Source: Escherichia coli
GTDB lineage: Bacteria; Pseudomonadota; Gammaproteobacteria; Enterobacterales; Enterobacteriaceae
DNA: 64,000 nucleotides
Reading direction: 5' to 3' (one strand)
Assembly: GCF_030384885.1 (NCBI RefSeq)
Contig: NZ_CP128613.1
A model generated the notes under the pieces. It saw nothing but the letters and a program-made list of their open reading frames with translations. It made no database searches and was not told where the DNA came from. Shown here one piece after another: positions 1-15,148 of this stretch (positions within the stretch are counted from its first letter, which is position 1; every line of letters begins with the position of its first letter). The position numbers were made by a program, and so were the translations under genes.

Positions 1-334
1 TAAAATCGCGCATCGTCAGGCGCTCACGAATGGTCGCTGGTGTGTAACGTTCGCCGCGTGGATTAAGCGCCGCAGCGCCTTTCTCGATGGCTTCAGCAGC
101 CAAAGGAATATCTGCGGTGATCACCAAATCGCCCGCTTCACTCTGCCGGACAATTTCGTTATCGGCAACGTCGAAACCTGCCGCGACACGCAGCGTACGA
201 ATAAATCGCGAAGGCGGTACGCGTAAATTCTGGTTTGCTACCAGTACCAGCGGCATCTGCATACGTTCAGCCGCGCGATACAAAATCTCTTTAATTACAT
301 TGGGACACGCGTCGGCATCCACCCAAATTGTCAT
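1..334 (-). CDS. yaiI: UPF0178 protein YaiI, N-terminal part only; gene runs off the window start
   Basis: Minus-strand ATG at 334-332 translates [31 protein letters not shown], open to the window edge; matches YaiI from memory. Confidence 0.85.
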   Translation of the reverse strand, partial: MTIWVDADACPNVIKEILYRAAERMQMPLVLVANQNLRVPPSRFIRTLRVAAGFDVADNEIVRQSEAGDLVITADIPLAAEAIEKGAAALNPRGERYTPATIRERLTMRDF

Positions 335-453
335 AAAGTCATCCTTTGTTGGGTAATTCTCTATTGTGTCGCGCTTTTGCCTTCCGGCATAGTTCTGTTT
401 ATGCTTCTGCCAGCGATTATCAAAACAATGAATTTCACGGCAGGAGTGAGGCA

Positions 454-1263
454 ATGGAAAAGAAAATCGGTTTTATTGGCTGCGGCAATATGGGAAAAGC
501 CATTCTCGGCGGTCTGATTGCCAGCGGTCAGGTGCTTCCAGGGCAAATCTGGGTATATACCCCCTCCCCGGATAACGTCGCCGCCCTGCATGACCAGTTC
601 GGCATCAACGCCGCAGAATCGGCGCAAGAAGTGGCGCAAATCGCCGACATCATTTTCGCCGCCGTTAAACCGGGCATCATGATTAAAGTGCTTAGCGAAA
701 TCACCTCCAGCCTGAATAAAGACTCTCTGGTCGTTTCTATTGCTGCGGGTGTCACGCTCGACCAGCTTGCCCGCGCGCTGGGCCATGACCGGAAAATTAT
801 CCGCGCCATGCCGAACACTCCCGCACTGGTTAATGCCGGGATGACCTCCGTAACGCCAAACGCGCTGGTAACCCCAGAAGATACCGCTGATGTGCTGAAT
901 ATTTTCCGCTGCTTTGGCGAAGCGGAAGTAATTGCCGAGCCGATGATCCACCCGGTGGTCGGTGTGAGCGGTTCTTCGCCAGCCTACGTCTTTATGTTTA
1001 TCGAGGCGATGGCCGACGCCGCCGTGCTGGGCGGGATGCCACGCGCCCAGGCGTATAAATTTGCCGCTCAGGCGGTAATGGGTTCCGCAAAAATGGTGCT
1101 GGAAACGGGAGAACATCCGGGGGCACTGAAAGATATGGTCTGCTCACCGGGAGGCACCACCATTGAGGCGGTACGCGTACTGGAAGAGAAAGGCTTCCGT
1201 GCCGCAGTGATCGAAGCGATGACGAAGTGTATGGAAAAATCAGAAAAACTCAGCAAATCCTGA
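454..1263 (+). CDS. proC: Pyrroline-5-carboxylate reductase
   Basis: ORF 346-1263; internal start [20 protein letters not shown] at 454 preceded by AGGAG; Rossmann GxGxxG N-terminus; 269 aa as for ProC. Confidence 0.95.
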   Translation: MEKKIGFIGCGNMGKAILGGLIASGQVLPGQIWVYTPSPDNVAALHDQFGINAAESAQEVAQIADIIFAAVKPGIMIKVLSEITSSLNKDSLVVSIAAGVTLDQLARALGHDRKIIRAMPNTPALVNAGMTSVTPNALVTPEDTADVLNIFRCFGEAEVIAEPMIHPVVGVSGSSPAYVFMFIEAMADAAVLGGMPRAQAYKFAAQAVMGSAKMVLETGEHPGALKDMVCSPGGTTIEAVRVLEEKGFRAAVIEAMTKCMEKSEKLSKS

Positions 1264-1279
1264 TGACTTTCGCCGGACG

Positions 1280-2395
1280 TCAGGCCGCCACTTCGGTGCG
1301 GTTACGTCCGGCTTTCTTTGCTTTGTAGAGCGCCAAATCTGCCGATTTCAACCACTCCCGATAGTGACTCATTTGTGGATTCAGCGGCGCGACACCCACA
1401 CTAATCCGTAACATCACCTGCGGTGTATTCGGCAAACGTAACGTATTTAGCCCTTCATGTACCCGTAACATGGCGGTAATGGCGCTCTCAGCTGGCGTAC
1501 CGGACATGATCACCGCAAACTCATCGCCACCAAACCGACCAATCACATCGCTACCGCGCAGGGTAATTTGTAATTGTCGGGTAAGCGCCACAATCGCTTC
1601 ATCGCCCACATCATGGCCCCAGGTATCGTTGATGCTCTTGAAATGGTCGATATCGATAATCAGTAACGTCGCATCGCGGTTATGCCGCCGACAGTTATCA
1701 AATTCATTGCGTAACATAGTTTCCCAATGACGTCGGTTATACACGCCCGTCATACCGTCGCGGGTACTCATGACCTGCAATCGGCGTTTATGTTCCGCCA
1801 GTTTAGTCGCCGTCTGGTAGCTGACCCAACCAAACAGCAGAGGATAAATGACGATAATGGGAAGGGAGAGCCACCATTCCAGCGGCGCACTATTGAACGA
1901 CACGGTGATACCCGTCAGTTCGAGGGTGACAAGGCAGGAAACCACCATCAACACCAGACCCGCGACAAACAGACGGGGGCCGCCTGCCCCCATCAAATTC
2001 AGACACATAATCATCAACATCGCGGTGGAAGGCAGCACGTTTACGCCCATTACGCCTACCCACATTCCCGCTAATACTGCATCGGTTTTTAAGTTATAAA
2101 TTTCCCGGCTAAGCGGATCGACAGCCCTACTCGCAATCTGCCAGGCTAAATGCGGCCAGACGAACGCCCAGCCGACCAACACCAGCCACCACCAGCCCGG
2201 CGGCGGGTGCGAAACCAGCGTTGAAGCAATCGGTAAGAACATGCCAGCCAGGCCAACCGCGCGGGGTAGTCTGACGCGACGGGCGAAGCGCAGCCCGGAC
2301 CGCTGATGTTCGTTTTGAGGAGTTAAAGGAGGTTCCTCCCCATGCGCCGCCGCTTTTTTGAAAAAGTTTTCATCATTCATTATTTTTGGGAACAT
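1280..2395 (-). CDS. dgcC: Diguanylate cyclase, membrane-anchored GGDEF protein (DgcC/AdrA/YaiC)
   Basis: 371 aa ORF with hydrophobic N-terminal half and C-terminal GGDEF motif (RFGGDEFAVI). Confidence 0.9.
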   Translation of the reverse strand: MFPKIMNDENFFKKAAAHGEEPPLTPQNEHQRSGLRFARRVRLPRAVGLAGMFLPIASTLVSHPPPGWWWLVLVGWAFVWPHLAWQIASRAVDPLSREIYNLKTDAVLAGMWVGVMGVNVLPSTAMLMIMCLNLMGAGGPRLFVAGLVLMVVSCLVTLELTGITVSFNSAPLEWWLSLPIIVIYPLLFGWVSYQTATKLAEHKRRLQVMSTRDGMTGVYNRRHWETMLRNEFDNCRRHNRDATLLIIDIDHFKSINDTWGHDVGDEAIVALTRQLQITLRGSDVIGRFGGDEFAVIMSGTPAESAITAMLRVHEGLNTLRLPNTPQVMLRISVGVAPLNPQMSHYREWLKSADLALYKAKKAGRNRTEVAA

Positions 2396-2453
2396 TCAGA
2401 AACAATTTTCCCAAATTATAGAGACGGGGCTAAAGGCAGAAGTATGAAATTTC

Positions 2454-2479
2454 GGGTGAGCCATTTTCGTAGCTCACCC
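2454..2479 (-). terminator. Hairpin downstream of psiF, possible terminator
   Basis: GGGTGAGC ... GCTCACCC inverted repeat immediately 3' of the psiF stop, followed by a short T-containing run on the minus strand. Confidence 0.4.
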
Positions 2480-2496
2480 GTTAGCACTATCAGGTA

Positions 2497-2817
2497 TCAG
2501 GCGGCTTTCTTGAGGCAGGCGCTCATAAACTTATTACGATCATCACCTTTCAGAGATTGTTGCGTTGCTTGATTATTACATTCGCGCATCTTTTGCTGCT
2601 GTGGCGTCAAACTTTTTTCACCAGGCGCAGACTTGCTGTTCTTCAGGCAATCACTCATGTAGGTCTTACGAGCATCCCCTTTCAACGCCTGCGCCGTCGC
2701 CTGCTGATTACAGGAGGTCATACGCTGTTGTTGCGGGGTTAAGGTTCTCTCGGCAGCGCCGACGGTGGTTAAAAAAACCAGTCCGAAAAGCAAGGTAACC
2801 AGTAATGTTATTTTCAT
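2497..2817 (-). CDS. psiF: Phosphate-starvation-inducible protein PsiF
   Basis: ORF 2497-2835; start MKITLLVTLLFGL at 2817; signal peptide and duplicated TPQQQ...C...ATQQ repeat; 106 aa. Confidence 0.85.
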   Translation of the reverse strand: MKITLLVTLLFGLVFLTTVGAAERTLTPQQQRMTSCNQQATAQALKGDARKTYMSDCLKNSKSAPGEKSLTPQQQKMRECNNQATQQSLKGDDRNKFMSACLKKAA

Positions 2818-2889
2818 AGCACCATCCCTCTTCATGTTTTAACCATGAGCGTTTGCGCCCGTGATCTGCCATTAAGTCTGGTTGCTAAC

Positions 2890-2928
2890 CGCAAAAAAAC
2901 CACCCGGCAGCGAAATTTCACCGCCGGG
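2890..2928 (-). terminator. Rho-independent terminator after phoA
   Basis: Minus strand reads CCCGGCGGTGAAATTTCGCTGCCGGG followed by a T7 run, directly 3' of the phoA stop. Confidence 0.6.
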
Positions 2929-2935
2929 CGAGGTT

Positions 2936-4351
2936 TTATTTCAGCCCCAGGGCGGCTTTCATGGTGTAGAAGAGATCGGTCTGGTCGGTCAGTCCAACGA
3001 CATTGGCGGCATGTGGGCCATACGCCGCAATACGCAGCTGACTACCGGTATGTTCTTGTGAATCCTCTTCGGAGTTCCCGTAACTCATCACCATCACTGC
3101 GCCATCTTTGGTATTTAGCGCCTGGGTGAGGCCCGGCGCTTTGGTGTCCGGCGCGACAATCTGGCTGGCGTGGGCGTGATCAGCGGTGACTATGACCAGC
3201 GTGTTGCCATCCTTTTTAGCGAATTCCAGCGCCCGTTGTACGGCTTCGTCGAGATCGACCGTCTCGCCAATTTGCCCACAAGGATTCGCCGCGTGATCCT
3301 GTTTATCGATTGATGCACCTTCAACTTGCAGGAAAAAGCCTTTCTCATTTTTACTCAACAATTCAATGGCTTTATCAGTCATCTGCGCCAGGGTCGGTAC
3401 GCTGTCATTACGTTGCGGATTAGGCGTACAGGTAACTGCGGGCTTGTCGATATTGCCGTGGTACGTTGCTTTCGGTCCTTGCCAGCGCACTGGCATATTG
3501 CCGTCAGCAAACAGTCCTAGCAGGGGTTTTTGCTGGTTCGCTTCCGTCACCGCATTCAGTGAGGCAGCATCGCTCACCAACTGATAACCACGCGCCTGCG
3601 CCTGTTCACGCAGCGTTTTTCCCTGCCATTCACCGGCGGTTGCCGTTTCCGCAAAGGTTTTTGCGCCGCCGCCAAGCGTAACATCGGCACGGGCGTTAAG
3701 CAGCTGTTCGGTAATCGATCCTTTTCCGCCTTTTTCCAGCGCGTTACCCGGACATTTTTCACTGGTCGCGCTCGGACCGTAGCATTTGCGCGAAGTCACA
3801 TGCGCCACCAACGCGGCGGGAGTGGCATCCTGCAACTCTGCGGTAGAAACGTTACCGGTCGCCAGCCCTGCGGCTTTTGCCATTTCCAGAATCGTTGGGT
3901 GATCTTTTTCATGAATATCGACACCCAATGCGCCGTTATAGGTTTTGACACCGGTTGACCAGGCAGTTGCTGATGCAGCCGAGTCGGTAACGTAGTCCGG
4001 TTTGCCGGTTTTTTTATTCAGCGCATAGTGAGTGTATTGCCCGGTAAGCGGTAAGGCATCAATACCTTTAAAAAAGCCGCCCGCACCTTCGGCATAATTA
4101 CGTGCGGCAGTAATTTCCGAATCCCCCATCCCATCGCCAATCAGCAAAATAATATTTTTTGCAGGCTTATCGCTAAGAGAATCACGCAGAGCGGCGCTCT
4201 GATCACCCGTTAAGCGGCGAGCACCGCCGGGTGCAGTAATATCGCCCTGAGCAGCCCGGTTTTCCAGAATAGGCATTTCTGGTGTCCGGGCTTTTGTCAC
4301 AGGGGTAAACAGTAACGGTAAGAGTGCCAGTGCAATAGTGCTTTGTTTCAC
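2936..4351 (-). CDS. phoA: Alkaline phosphatase
   Basis: ORF 2936-4393; GTG start giving [21 protein letters not shown] signal peptide at 4351; 471 aa; matches PhoA from memory. Confidence 0.95.
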   Translation of the reverse strand: MKQSTIALALLPLLFTPVTKARTPEMPILENRAAQGDITAPGGARRLTGDQSAALRDSLSDKPAKNIILLIGDGMGDSEITAARNYAEGAGGFFKGIDALPLTGQYTHYALNKKTGKPDYVTDSAASATAWSTGVKTYNGALGVDIHEKDHPTILEMAKAAGLATGNVSTAELQDATPAALVAHVTSRKCYGPSATSEKCPGNALEKGGKGSITEQLLNARADVTLGGGAKTFAETATAGEWQGKTLREQAQARGYQLVSDAASLNAVTEANQQKPLLGLFADGNMPVRWQGPKATYHGNIDKPAVTCTPNPQRNDSVPTLAQMTDKAIELLSKNEKGFFLQVEGASIDKQDHAANPCGQIGETVDLDEAVQRALEFAKKDGNTLVIVTADHAHASQIVAPDTKAPGLTQALNTKDGAVMVMSYGNSEEDSQEHTGSQLRIAAYGPHAANVVGLTDQTDLFYTMKAALGLK

Positions 4352-4410
4352 TTTATTTTCTCCATGTACAAATACATTAAAAAATAAAAACAAAGCGACT
4401 ATAAGTCTCA

Positions 4411-4430
4411 GCCGTGACAGCTTTATGACA
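4411..4430 (-). promoter_or_regulatory. Pho box (PhoB binding site) of the phoA promoter
   Basis: Minus strand reads CTGTCATAAAGCTGTCACGG, two direct CTGTCA repeats, about 60 bp upstream of the phoA start. Confidence 0.7.
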
Positions 4431-4451
4431 GCTGTTGAAAAGATTACCTTT

Positions 4452-4712
4452 TTACTGACGAGGATGCTTCAATAACTTCTTTACATAATCGCGCAGCAGC
4501 TCCGTATCGTCGTCAGGAATGCTGGCATCGGGCTTTACCTCGTAAAGTGCCCCCTCAACCTGATCAATCAACCGCTGTTGGTCATTTTGCGCCATATTAC
4601 GAAGCATTGCAGTGACGATAATCTCCAGTGCTTCTACCTGCGCGCACAGTTCTTTCGACTCTTCTTCTTTTTGGGCAAGCTTAAATAACAACTCAGCAAT
4701 GAGATTTTTCAT
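4452..4712 (-). CDS. iraP: Anti-adaptor protein IraP (RpoS stabiliser)
   Basis: 86 aa [33 protein letters not shown]...; matches IraP/YaiB from memory. Confidence 0.9.
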
Positions 4713-5174
4713 GTCTGTATTTCCTTATCCAAAGTATGGAGAAGTTAACATTATGCTTCACAACTTCATAGTGTCTGGAGGTAGTATTTTTATGACGAAT
4801 GAAATACTTTGCGCAAATATTTTTTCCATATTTATCAGCGAAACGTTTCTCTTATTTAAATAAGTAACCATACAAAGTATAGGTTTTTAATTATCAACCT
4901 TTATTATAAGTAAAAGTTATGAAATATATTCTCTTTGCTAACTTATAATTAAGAGAAAAAAACTCACTGCATGGCCATTTAAACCAGGAATAAATTAGCT
5001 TCCCGTTCATCATTTTTGTGATCTTGCGCACATCTTTGAGATAACGCACTTTCTTCACCAGTACGTTGCACACTTTGTCAGTAGAAGATTGCAACATTCT
5101 GTCAGAAGGCCGCGAATCCCCCGTTTTGTCGTGGTAATGTATGCACTTTGTGTTAGACGGGATAGGTTTTCAAG

Positions 5175-6269
5175 ATGGAAAAACTGCGGGTAGGAATCGT
5201 TTTTGGTGGTAAATCAGCGGAACATGAAGTGTCTTTGCAATCGGCAAAAAACATTGTCGATGCCATTGATAAAAGTCGCTTCGACGTTGTGCTGCTGGGC
5301 ATTGATAAACAAGGGCAATGGCACGTCAGCGATGCCAACAATTATCTGCTAAATGCAGACGATCCTGCCCATATTGCGTTGCGCCCTTCGGCGACCAGTC
5401 TTGCGCAGGTGCCTGGTAAACATGAGCATCAGCTTATCGACGCACAAAACGGTCAGCCATTGCCGACGGTGGATGTCATTTTCCCGATTGTTCACGGTAC
5501 GCTAGGCGAAGATGGTTCCTTGCAGGGAATGCTGCGGGTCGCCAATTTACCGTTTGTGGGTTCTGATGTTTTGGCGTCAGCGGCCTGTATGGATAAAGAT
5601 GTCACCAAACGTCTGCTACGCGATGCCGGGCTGAACATTGCGCCATTTATTACCCTGACACGCACCAATCGTCAAAACATCAGTTTTGCCGAAGTGAAGT
5701 CAAAACTGGGGTTACCGCTGTTTGTAAAACCCGCTAACCAAGGCTCTTCTGTTGGTGTCAGCAAAGTAACCAGTGAAGAAGAGTACGCAATTGCCGTCGA
5801 TCTGGCGTTCGAGTTCGATCATAAAGTGATCGTTGAGCAAGGGATCAAAGGTCGTGAGATCGAATGCGCGGTTCTGGGCAACGACAATCCGCAAGCCAGT
5901 ACCTGTGGCGAGATCGTACTAACCAGCGATTTCTATGCCTACGACACCAAGTACATTGACGAAGATGGCGCGAAAGTGGTGGTTCCGGCAGCCATTACGC
6001 CTGAAATTAACGATAAGATCCGGGCAATTGCCGTTCAGGCTTATCAAACGTTGGGTTGCGCAGGCATGGCGCGTGTAGACGTGTTTTTAACCCCAGAGAA
6101 CGAAGTGGTAATCAACGAGATCAACACACTGCCAGGCTTCACCAACATCAGTATGTATCCGAAGCTGTGGCAAGCCAGCGGTTTGGGTTACACCGACCTG
6201 ATCACACGTCTGATCGAGTTGGCGCTGGAGCGTCACGCTGCGGATAACGCATTGAAAACCACAATGTAA
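5175..6269 (+). CDS. ddlA: D-alanine--D-alanine ligase A
   Basis: 364 aa [29 protein letters not shown]...; ATP-grasp ligase. Confidence 0.95.
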   Translation: MEKLRVGIVFGGKSAEHEVSLQSAKNIVDAIDKSRFDVVLLGIDKQGQWHVSDANNYLLNADDPAHIALRPSATSLAQVPGKHEHQLIDAQNGQPLPTVDVIFPIVHGTLGEDGSLQGMLRVANLPFVGSDVLASAACMDKDVTKRLLRDAGLNIAPFITLTRTNRQNISFAEVKSKLGLPLFVKPANQGSSVGVSKVTSEEEYAIAVDLAFEFDHKVIVEQGIKGREIECAVLGNDNPQASTCGEIVLTSDFYAYDTKYIDEDGAKVVVPAAITPEINDKIRAIAVQAYQTLGCAGMARVDVFLTPENEVVINEINTLPGFTNISMYPKLWQASGLGYTDLITRLIELALERHAADNALKTTM

Positions 6270-6290
6270 TTTTTAAATGCCCAATAACTG

Positions 6291-6503
6291 TTATTGGGCG
6301 TTTTCAGTTTCTTCATCGCGACGACGAATAATCAGCCCCGCGAGCCAGAAACTAATCACCCACGTCACCAGACCAACGGCATAGGTCTGCCAACCTTTTG
6401 CTTCAAATCCCAGTAACCCCACCACGCCATTAAGAATGAATATCAGGCCAATGGCGAACGCATAGTAGTGCCAGTCACGGCGAATTTTTACAGGCAGACT
6501 CAT
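6291..6503 (-). CDS. yaiZ: Small membrane protein YaiZ
   Basis: ORF 6291-6530; internal start MSLPVKIRRDWHYYAFAIGLIF at 6503; two predicted TM helices; 70 aa. Confidence 0.7.
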   Translation of the reverse strand: MSLPVKIRRDWHYYAFAIGLIFILNGVVGLLGFEAKGWQTYAVGLVTWVISFWLAGLIIRRRDEETENAQ

Positions 6504-6762
6504 GGCAGCTCCGTTAACGAAAAATAACATCTTCGCATAATCGATAACTTACGTCTGTGGGGTAGACAGCATTTCCCGTATCGTTAAAAAATTTAACTTA
6601 AAGTTACCGTTTTGTGACTCGTGACAAATATTCCCGCTTCGGGAATATTCCCAACATCAATTTACCATGATTCTGATATTGACAATCTAAATGACCTGTC
6701 AGACTTGCCATAAGCCGCTGGTATGACACCAGAAGAGAAGTAGATGACTTCCGGAGGTTTTT

Positions 6763-7071
6763 ATGGCTGATTTCACCCTGTCAAAATCGCTGTTTAGCGG
6801 AAAATATCGCAATGCCTCTTCTACGCCTGGCAACATTGCCTATGCGTTGTTTGTGCTGTTTTGCTTTTGGGCTGGGGCGCAATTGCTGAACCTGTTAGTG
6901 CATGCGCCCGGCGTCTATGAGCGTTTAATGCAGGCTCAGGAAACAGGCCGCCCACGGGTGGAAATTGGTTTAGGTGTCGGTACCATTTTCGGGCTGATCC
7001 CATTTTTAATTGGCTGCTTCATTTTTGCAGTGGTGGCGCTATGGCTGCACTGGCGACATCGCCGCCAGTAA
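6763..7071 (+). CDS. yaiY: Inner membrane protein YaiY
   Basis: 102 aa ORF with two hydrophobic segments; conserved position between ddlA/yaiZ and yaiW. Confidence 0.85.
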   Translation: MADFTLSKSLFSGKYRNASSTPGNIAYALFVLFCFWAGAQLLNLLVHAPGVYERLMQAQETGRPRVEIGLGVGTIFGLIPFLIGCFIFAVVALWLHWRHRRQ

Positions 7072-7128
7072 GAGTAGGTTGCCAGATGCGGCCTAAAATG
7101 CCTTATCTGGCCTGGCGTTCCCTCTTGC

Positions 7129-8223
7129 TTACTGTTTCATACAACGCGCCCGCCGTTCGTCTACGCGCTTCGCAAACCAGGCCGTAGTCAGATTGCGGGT
7201 AATTTTCGGGCTTTCCAGTTGGATGCCGGGCAACATTTCGCGGGGTAGTGATCTACCCGTTTTTGCTTCGGCAAGTTGATAAACTTCCTTGTACAGCGCC
7301 GTCTCCTCAAAAGAGAAGCTGTCCCCTTTCTCTAACTGACGGCGAATTTCGCTGTCGCTCATCCCCAGTTTGCTTGCCAGTTTGCGCGTTGCCAGCTCTG
7401 TTTTCCCTGGTTCTTTACTGTCGTAACGAATTAAATCACCGTCCAGCGCCAGCTTTATGCCAGTGGCCTTACTGACCGCGTTCTGAAAAGCGGCATTACG
7501 GCTGGCGTACCAGCCAGCGTTAAAATCGGCAAAACGGTATATCGGCGCGCTATAACTGGCGGGATAATTCAGTAAATGGTAAGTACCGAACCACAATCCG
7601 CCGCGGCGACTGAAGACTTCCTGACGGACTGTACCGTCCATTTTCCACGGATACCCTTTGGTATGCTGTTCGGCAAACGCAATGCTGACCTGCATCGGTC
7701 CACCGGTACGTACCGGATTAAGCGAACCAAACAGCGTCTGCCCCATTGGCACCATGCTGATCAAATCGTCAAAAATCGCGCTTAATTGCTTTTCTGTACG
7801 CACAGAATCTAACCGCTCACTATAACTTTTGCCGTTTGGCGATTTGATTTTTAGCGCGGTATGAACCAGAAAAGCAGGGATGTGCATCCGTTCGGCACGA
7901 CGGTCAATCTCTTGCCATGCTATCTTGCTTAAGCCCGGAACGGGCGGATCTGCCTGATAATTTGACTCCTGCTGCGCCACCGCCAGCACCGAGCAGACAT
8001 TTTCCAGCGTCGGTGCCAGCCCCTGACTTTCAAACGTGGTGGCAAGATCTTTCGCCCAGGCATCGCGGTCTTTCACGCTCGCGGGCATCTTCTGCCGCAC
8101 GACGCTCGCCACATCTATCGCTTTTTCGCCCTTTTTCAACGGTTGCGGAGCCTGACTACTACACCCTGCTAAAACCAGAACCGCCAACAACGAAAGCGAA
8201 GATAGATGATTGACGCGCGACAT
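7129..8223 (-). CDS. yaiW: Lipoprotein YaiW
   Basis: 364 aa ORF; lipobox LAGCSS after signal peptide; 12 bp downstream of sbmA, implying an sbmA-yaiW operon. Confidence 0.9.
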   Translation of the reverse strand: MSRVNHLSSLSLLAVLVLAGCSSQAPQPLKKGEKAIDVASVVRQKMPASVKDRDAWAKDLATTFESQGLAPTLENVCSVLAVAQQESNYQADPPVPGLSKIAWQEIDRRAERMHIPAFLVHTALKIKSPNGKSYSERLDSVRTEKQLSAIFDDLISMVPMGQTLFGSLNPVRTGGPMQVSIAFAEQHTKGYPWKMDGTVRQEVFSRRGGLWFGTYHLLNYPASYSAPIYRFADFNAGWYASRNAAFQNAVSKATGIKLALDGDLIRYDSKEPGKTELATRKLASKLGMSDSEIRRQLEKGDSFSFEETALYKEVYQLAEAKTGRSLPREMLPGIQLESPKITRNLTTAWFAKRVDERRARCMKQ

Positions 8224-8235
8224 TACTTCTCCTTT

Positions 8236-9456
8236 TTAACTCAAGGTATGGGTTACTTCCTGAATTTTGTCACCATCCAGCTCATGTTCAAAGCTGCGCA
8301 GACGTTTGTAGATAGACATCAACTCAACCAGCGTGGTCCATGAGTTAATCAGGTACTGAAAAGCACCGCGAACCTGACCAAAAACGTTGGTAATCTGCGT
8401 CATCAGGCCGAGCGTAATCGTACCGGCAACAATCGACGGAAACAGCAAGAACAAACCGAAAACGTTATCGACCTGCAAATAGAGAATGCGGGCGATGTTG
8501 AAATACATATAGTGAAAATAGAGGCGGAAATAGTTTTTCCGCACGGCGCTAAACAGCTCGCGTACCGTAGGCGGCGTCGCGCGCGATGCATCGTCTTCAC
8601 CATAAACCAACTCTTTACGGTAGGCAGCCTCTACACGCTGATTTTTAAACTCCAGTCCCGGCAGTTTGATCCCTACCACTGCCAGCAATCCGGTCCCCAT
8701 CAACGACCATACGATAGCAGCAATCACCAGACCATACGGAATATGCCCGACAATCGGCAGCTCCGGCACATGCGCAGAGAGCGTTACCAGTACCGGCAGG
8801 AAGGCGATCAACGTCATGATAGCGTTGATAAAACTGACGCCCATATTCTCAAGCGTTGAAGCAAAACGCATGGTGTCTTCCTGCACACGCTGGGCGGCAC
8901 CTTCGATATGACGCAGTTGTTGCCAGTTCGCCATGTAATATTCGTTCATCGCCGTACGCCAGCGGAACACGTAGTGACTGACAAAGAAGTTGTTCAGCAC
9001 ACTGATCACCACCGCGATCAGCGCAATCCCCAGAAAGACGCCCACTTCGCGGTAAAATTGTTCGATAGTGACTTTATGCGGCGAACTTAGCGCAGTTTGA
9101 ATCAGATCATAAAACGGCGCATACCAGGCGTTGACGGCAACTCCAACTTCCACCAAAAACCAGGTGACGAAGATAATCAACGCAGTACCGAGTATTGACC
9201 AGTATTGCCAACGATGCGGGCTATAAATAAACCAGAACAGTGCAAAAAGCCCTACGCAAACAATGTAGTAAGCGTAAAAAATCAGGAAATCTAACGACCA
9301 GAAACGCGCGGCGCTAATTGGGATCTGCCCGGAAGCTCCGGTGATGCGCGCCACCCAATCCCCCCCACCGGCTTGCCAGAAGATAACGGCAATCAATGCC
9401 CAAACAAAGGCCGAGAGAAAAAACGTTCCCGGCTTTGGGAAAAAAGACTTAAACAT
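8236..9456 (-). CDS. sbmA: Peptide antibiotic/microcin transporter SbmA
   Basis: ORF 8236-9462; start [24 protein letters not shown]; polytopic membrane protein, about 406 aa. Confidence 0.95.
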   Translation of the reverse strand: MFKSFFPKPGTFFLSAFVWALIAVIFWQAGGGDWVARITGASGQIPISAARFWSLDFLIFYAYYIVCVGLFALFWFIYSPHRWQYWSILGTALIIFVTWFLVEVGVAVNAWYAPFYDLIQTALSSPHKVTIEQFYREVGVFLGIALIAVVISVLNNFFVSHYVFRWRTAMNEYYMANWQQLRHIEGAAQRVQEDTMRFASTLENMGVSFINAIMTLIAFLPVLVTLSAHVPELPIVGHIPYGLVIAAIVWSLMGTGLLAVVGIKLPGLEFKNQRVEAAYRKELVYGEDDASRATPPTVRELFSAVRKNYFRLYFHYMYFNIARILYLQVDNVFGLFLLFPSIVAGTITLGLMTQITNVFGQVRGAFQYLINSWTTLVELMSIYKRLRSFEHELDGDKIQEVTHTLS

Positions 9457-9807
9457 ATGCACTCCTGCTAACTTCTTATCGTTTTAACAACTGCTGTGTA
9501 TTAACCGCATGACCGCTACAAAGAATCAGCCAAATGAAACTGCCCATTGTGACCCATAGCAAGGCGCATAGTTCGCCAGCCTGACCATAAGAATTGTTTC
9601 GACGGATTTCACAAACCAAAGATTATTTACATTAGCGGATTAACACGCGCAGGATCACAAATGCAGGCATTGGTGAGCAGGAAAAAGATCGTGTTTACGC
9701 GCCGTTACGTTTTTAACACTATTATTGCACTAATTCGCCCTTTGCAATCCATCAATGAGTAGTATAAATACGCTCAGTTACCTTCATTCAATCTATGGAC
9801 ACCACCG

Positions 9808-10965
9808 TTGAAACGTAGTCTGCTTTTTTCTGCCGTGCTTTGTGCGGCGTTATTGACCCCCGTCCATGCGGCGCAGCCGATCACTGAACCGGAGTTCGCC
9901 TCTGATATTGTCGATCGTTATGCCGATCATATTTTTTATGGCAGTGGTGCCACGGGGATGGCGCTGGTTGTTATCGACGGTAACCAGCGCGTCTTTCGCA
10001 GTTATGGCGAAACGCGCCCGGGTAATAACGTTCGCCCGCAGCTGGATTCGGTCGTGCGTATTGCTTCGCTCACCAAGCTAATGACCAGTGAGTTGCTGGT
10101 GAAATTGCTCGACCAGGGGACCGTGAAGTTAAACGATCCGCTAAGTAAATATGCTCCACCAGGCGCACGCGTGCCGACTTACAATGGCACGCCTATTACC
10201 CTGGTGAATCTGGCAACCCATACCAGTGCCCTGCCCCGTGAACAGCCGGGAGGTGCGGCACATCGCCCAGTGTTTGTCTGGCCAACGCGCGAGCAACGCT
10301 GGAAATACCTTTCTACGGCGAAGCTGAAAGCCGCGCCAGGCAGTCAGGCGGCATACTCTAACCTTGCGTTCGACCTGCTGGCAGATGCACTGGCGAATGC
10401 TTCTGGCAAGCCTTATACCCAGTTGTTTGAAGAGCAGATTACCCGTCCGTTGGGGATGAAAGACACGACCTATACTCCATCGCCGGACCAGTGCCGCCGT
10501 TTAATGGTTGCAGAGCGCGGTGCCAGTCCATGCAATAACACGCTGGCGGCAATTGGCAGCGGCGGAGTCTATTCCACGCCTGGCGATATGATGCGCTGGA
10601 TGCAGCAGTATTTGTCATCTGATTTTTATCAGCGCAGTAACCAGGCAGATCGCATGCAGACGTTGATTTATCAGCGAGCGCAGTTTACAAAAGTGATTGG
10701 CATGGATGTCCCCGGCAAAGCGGATGCGCTTGGTTTAGGCTGGGTATATATGGCCCCGAAAGAGGGTCGTCCAGGGATTATTCAGAAGACAGGTGGTGGT
10801 GGCGGTTTCATTACCTATATGGCGATGATCCCGCAGAAGAATATTGGCGCATTTGTGGTGGTCACTCGTTCGCCATTGACGCGCTTTAAAAATATGAGCG
10901 ATGGCATCAATGACCTGGTGACCGAACTGAGCGGGAATAAACCGTTGGTCATCCCCGCGTCCTGA
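9808..10965 (+). CDS. ampH: Penicillin-binding protein AmpH (class C beta-lactamase fold)
   Basis: 385 aa; signal peptide; SxxK motif (ASLTK); the codon at 9808 is TTG. Confidence 0.9.
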   Translation: MKRSLLFSAVLCAALLTPVHAAQPITEPEFASDIVDRYADHIFYGSGATGMALVVIDGNQRVFRSYGETRPGNNVRPQLDSVVRIASLTKLMTSELLVKLLDQGTVKLNDPLSKYAPPGARVPTYNGTPITLVNLATHTSALPREQPGGAAHRPVFVWPTREQRWKYLSTAKLKAAPGSQAAYSNLAFDLLADALANASGKPYTQLFEEQITRPLGMKDTTYTPSPDQCRRLMVAERGASPCNNTLAAIGSGGVYSTPGDMMRWMQQYLSSDFYQRSNQADRMQTLIYQRAQFTKVIGMDVPGKADALGLGWVYMAPKEGRPGIIQKTGGGGGFITYMAMIPQKNIGAFVVVTRSPLTRFKNMSDGINDLVTELSGNKPLVIPAS

Positions 10966-11652
<687 letters not shown>

Positions 11653-11653
11653 T

Positions 11654-14623
<2,970 letters not shown>

Positions 14624-15148
14624 TTGTCATCCCTCCTCAGGGACGTAATAAGTTGATCCATCAATTATCAATGCATAGAAAACATCTTATGTTTCGCGTT
14701 GACGATTATGCGGCGTTATAGAGGAATGGTTCAATTATTCTTTCCCCGAAGTCCGGTTACGGACATATATAAAGCACGGAGAAACACACAAAGAAAAAAT
14801 TGATGAAATCCTAATTTTTCAACAAGTTAACAGGAGTTCCATTTTTAAAGCATATGCATTTAAAATATCAAACACACAAACCAGACAAATAATCTATCAA
14901 TAACCAATGAACTTTAAATCATTCTGTTTTTGATAACGCAATCAAATCCGTAAAAACAATAATCTATAGCTATAAATAAAAATTAAAAATATTTTCAATG
15001 AATATAAATTTATTGCTATTTCTATTACAAAGATGTCCTGACCTCTCATTCATTCTCTTCTTGTCAACATCGCGACAACTTTCGTAAAACATCCCCACCC
15101 TGCTTCAGGTATACTATGCCCCTCGATTCCACAAACATCAGGCAGACC

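Noticed and set aside
346-453. 5' extensions of maximal ORFs (proC 346; also hemB 15116, frmR 27784, mhpC 36276, mhpR 38918, cynX 49311, cynR 50563, afuA 23148)
   Set aside because: Internal starts give proteins matching known lengths and N-termini, have better ribosome-binding sites, and avoid overlap with upstream genes or operator sites.
361-1116. 251-aa minus-strand ORF inside proC
   Set aside because: Fully overlaps the well-supported proC frame; no independent start signals; shadow ORF.
4612-5097. Small ORFs (83 aa plus strand, 67 aa minus strand) in the iraP-ddlA intergenic region
   Set aside because: AT-rich promoter region conserved in length with K-12; ORFs lack ribosome-binding sites and have low-complexity composition.
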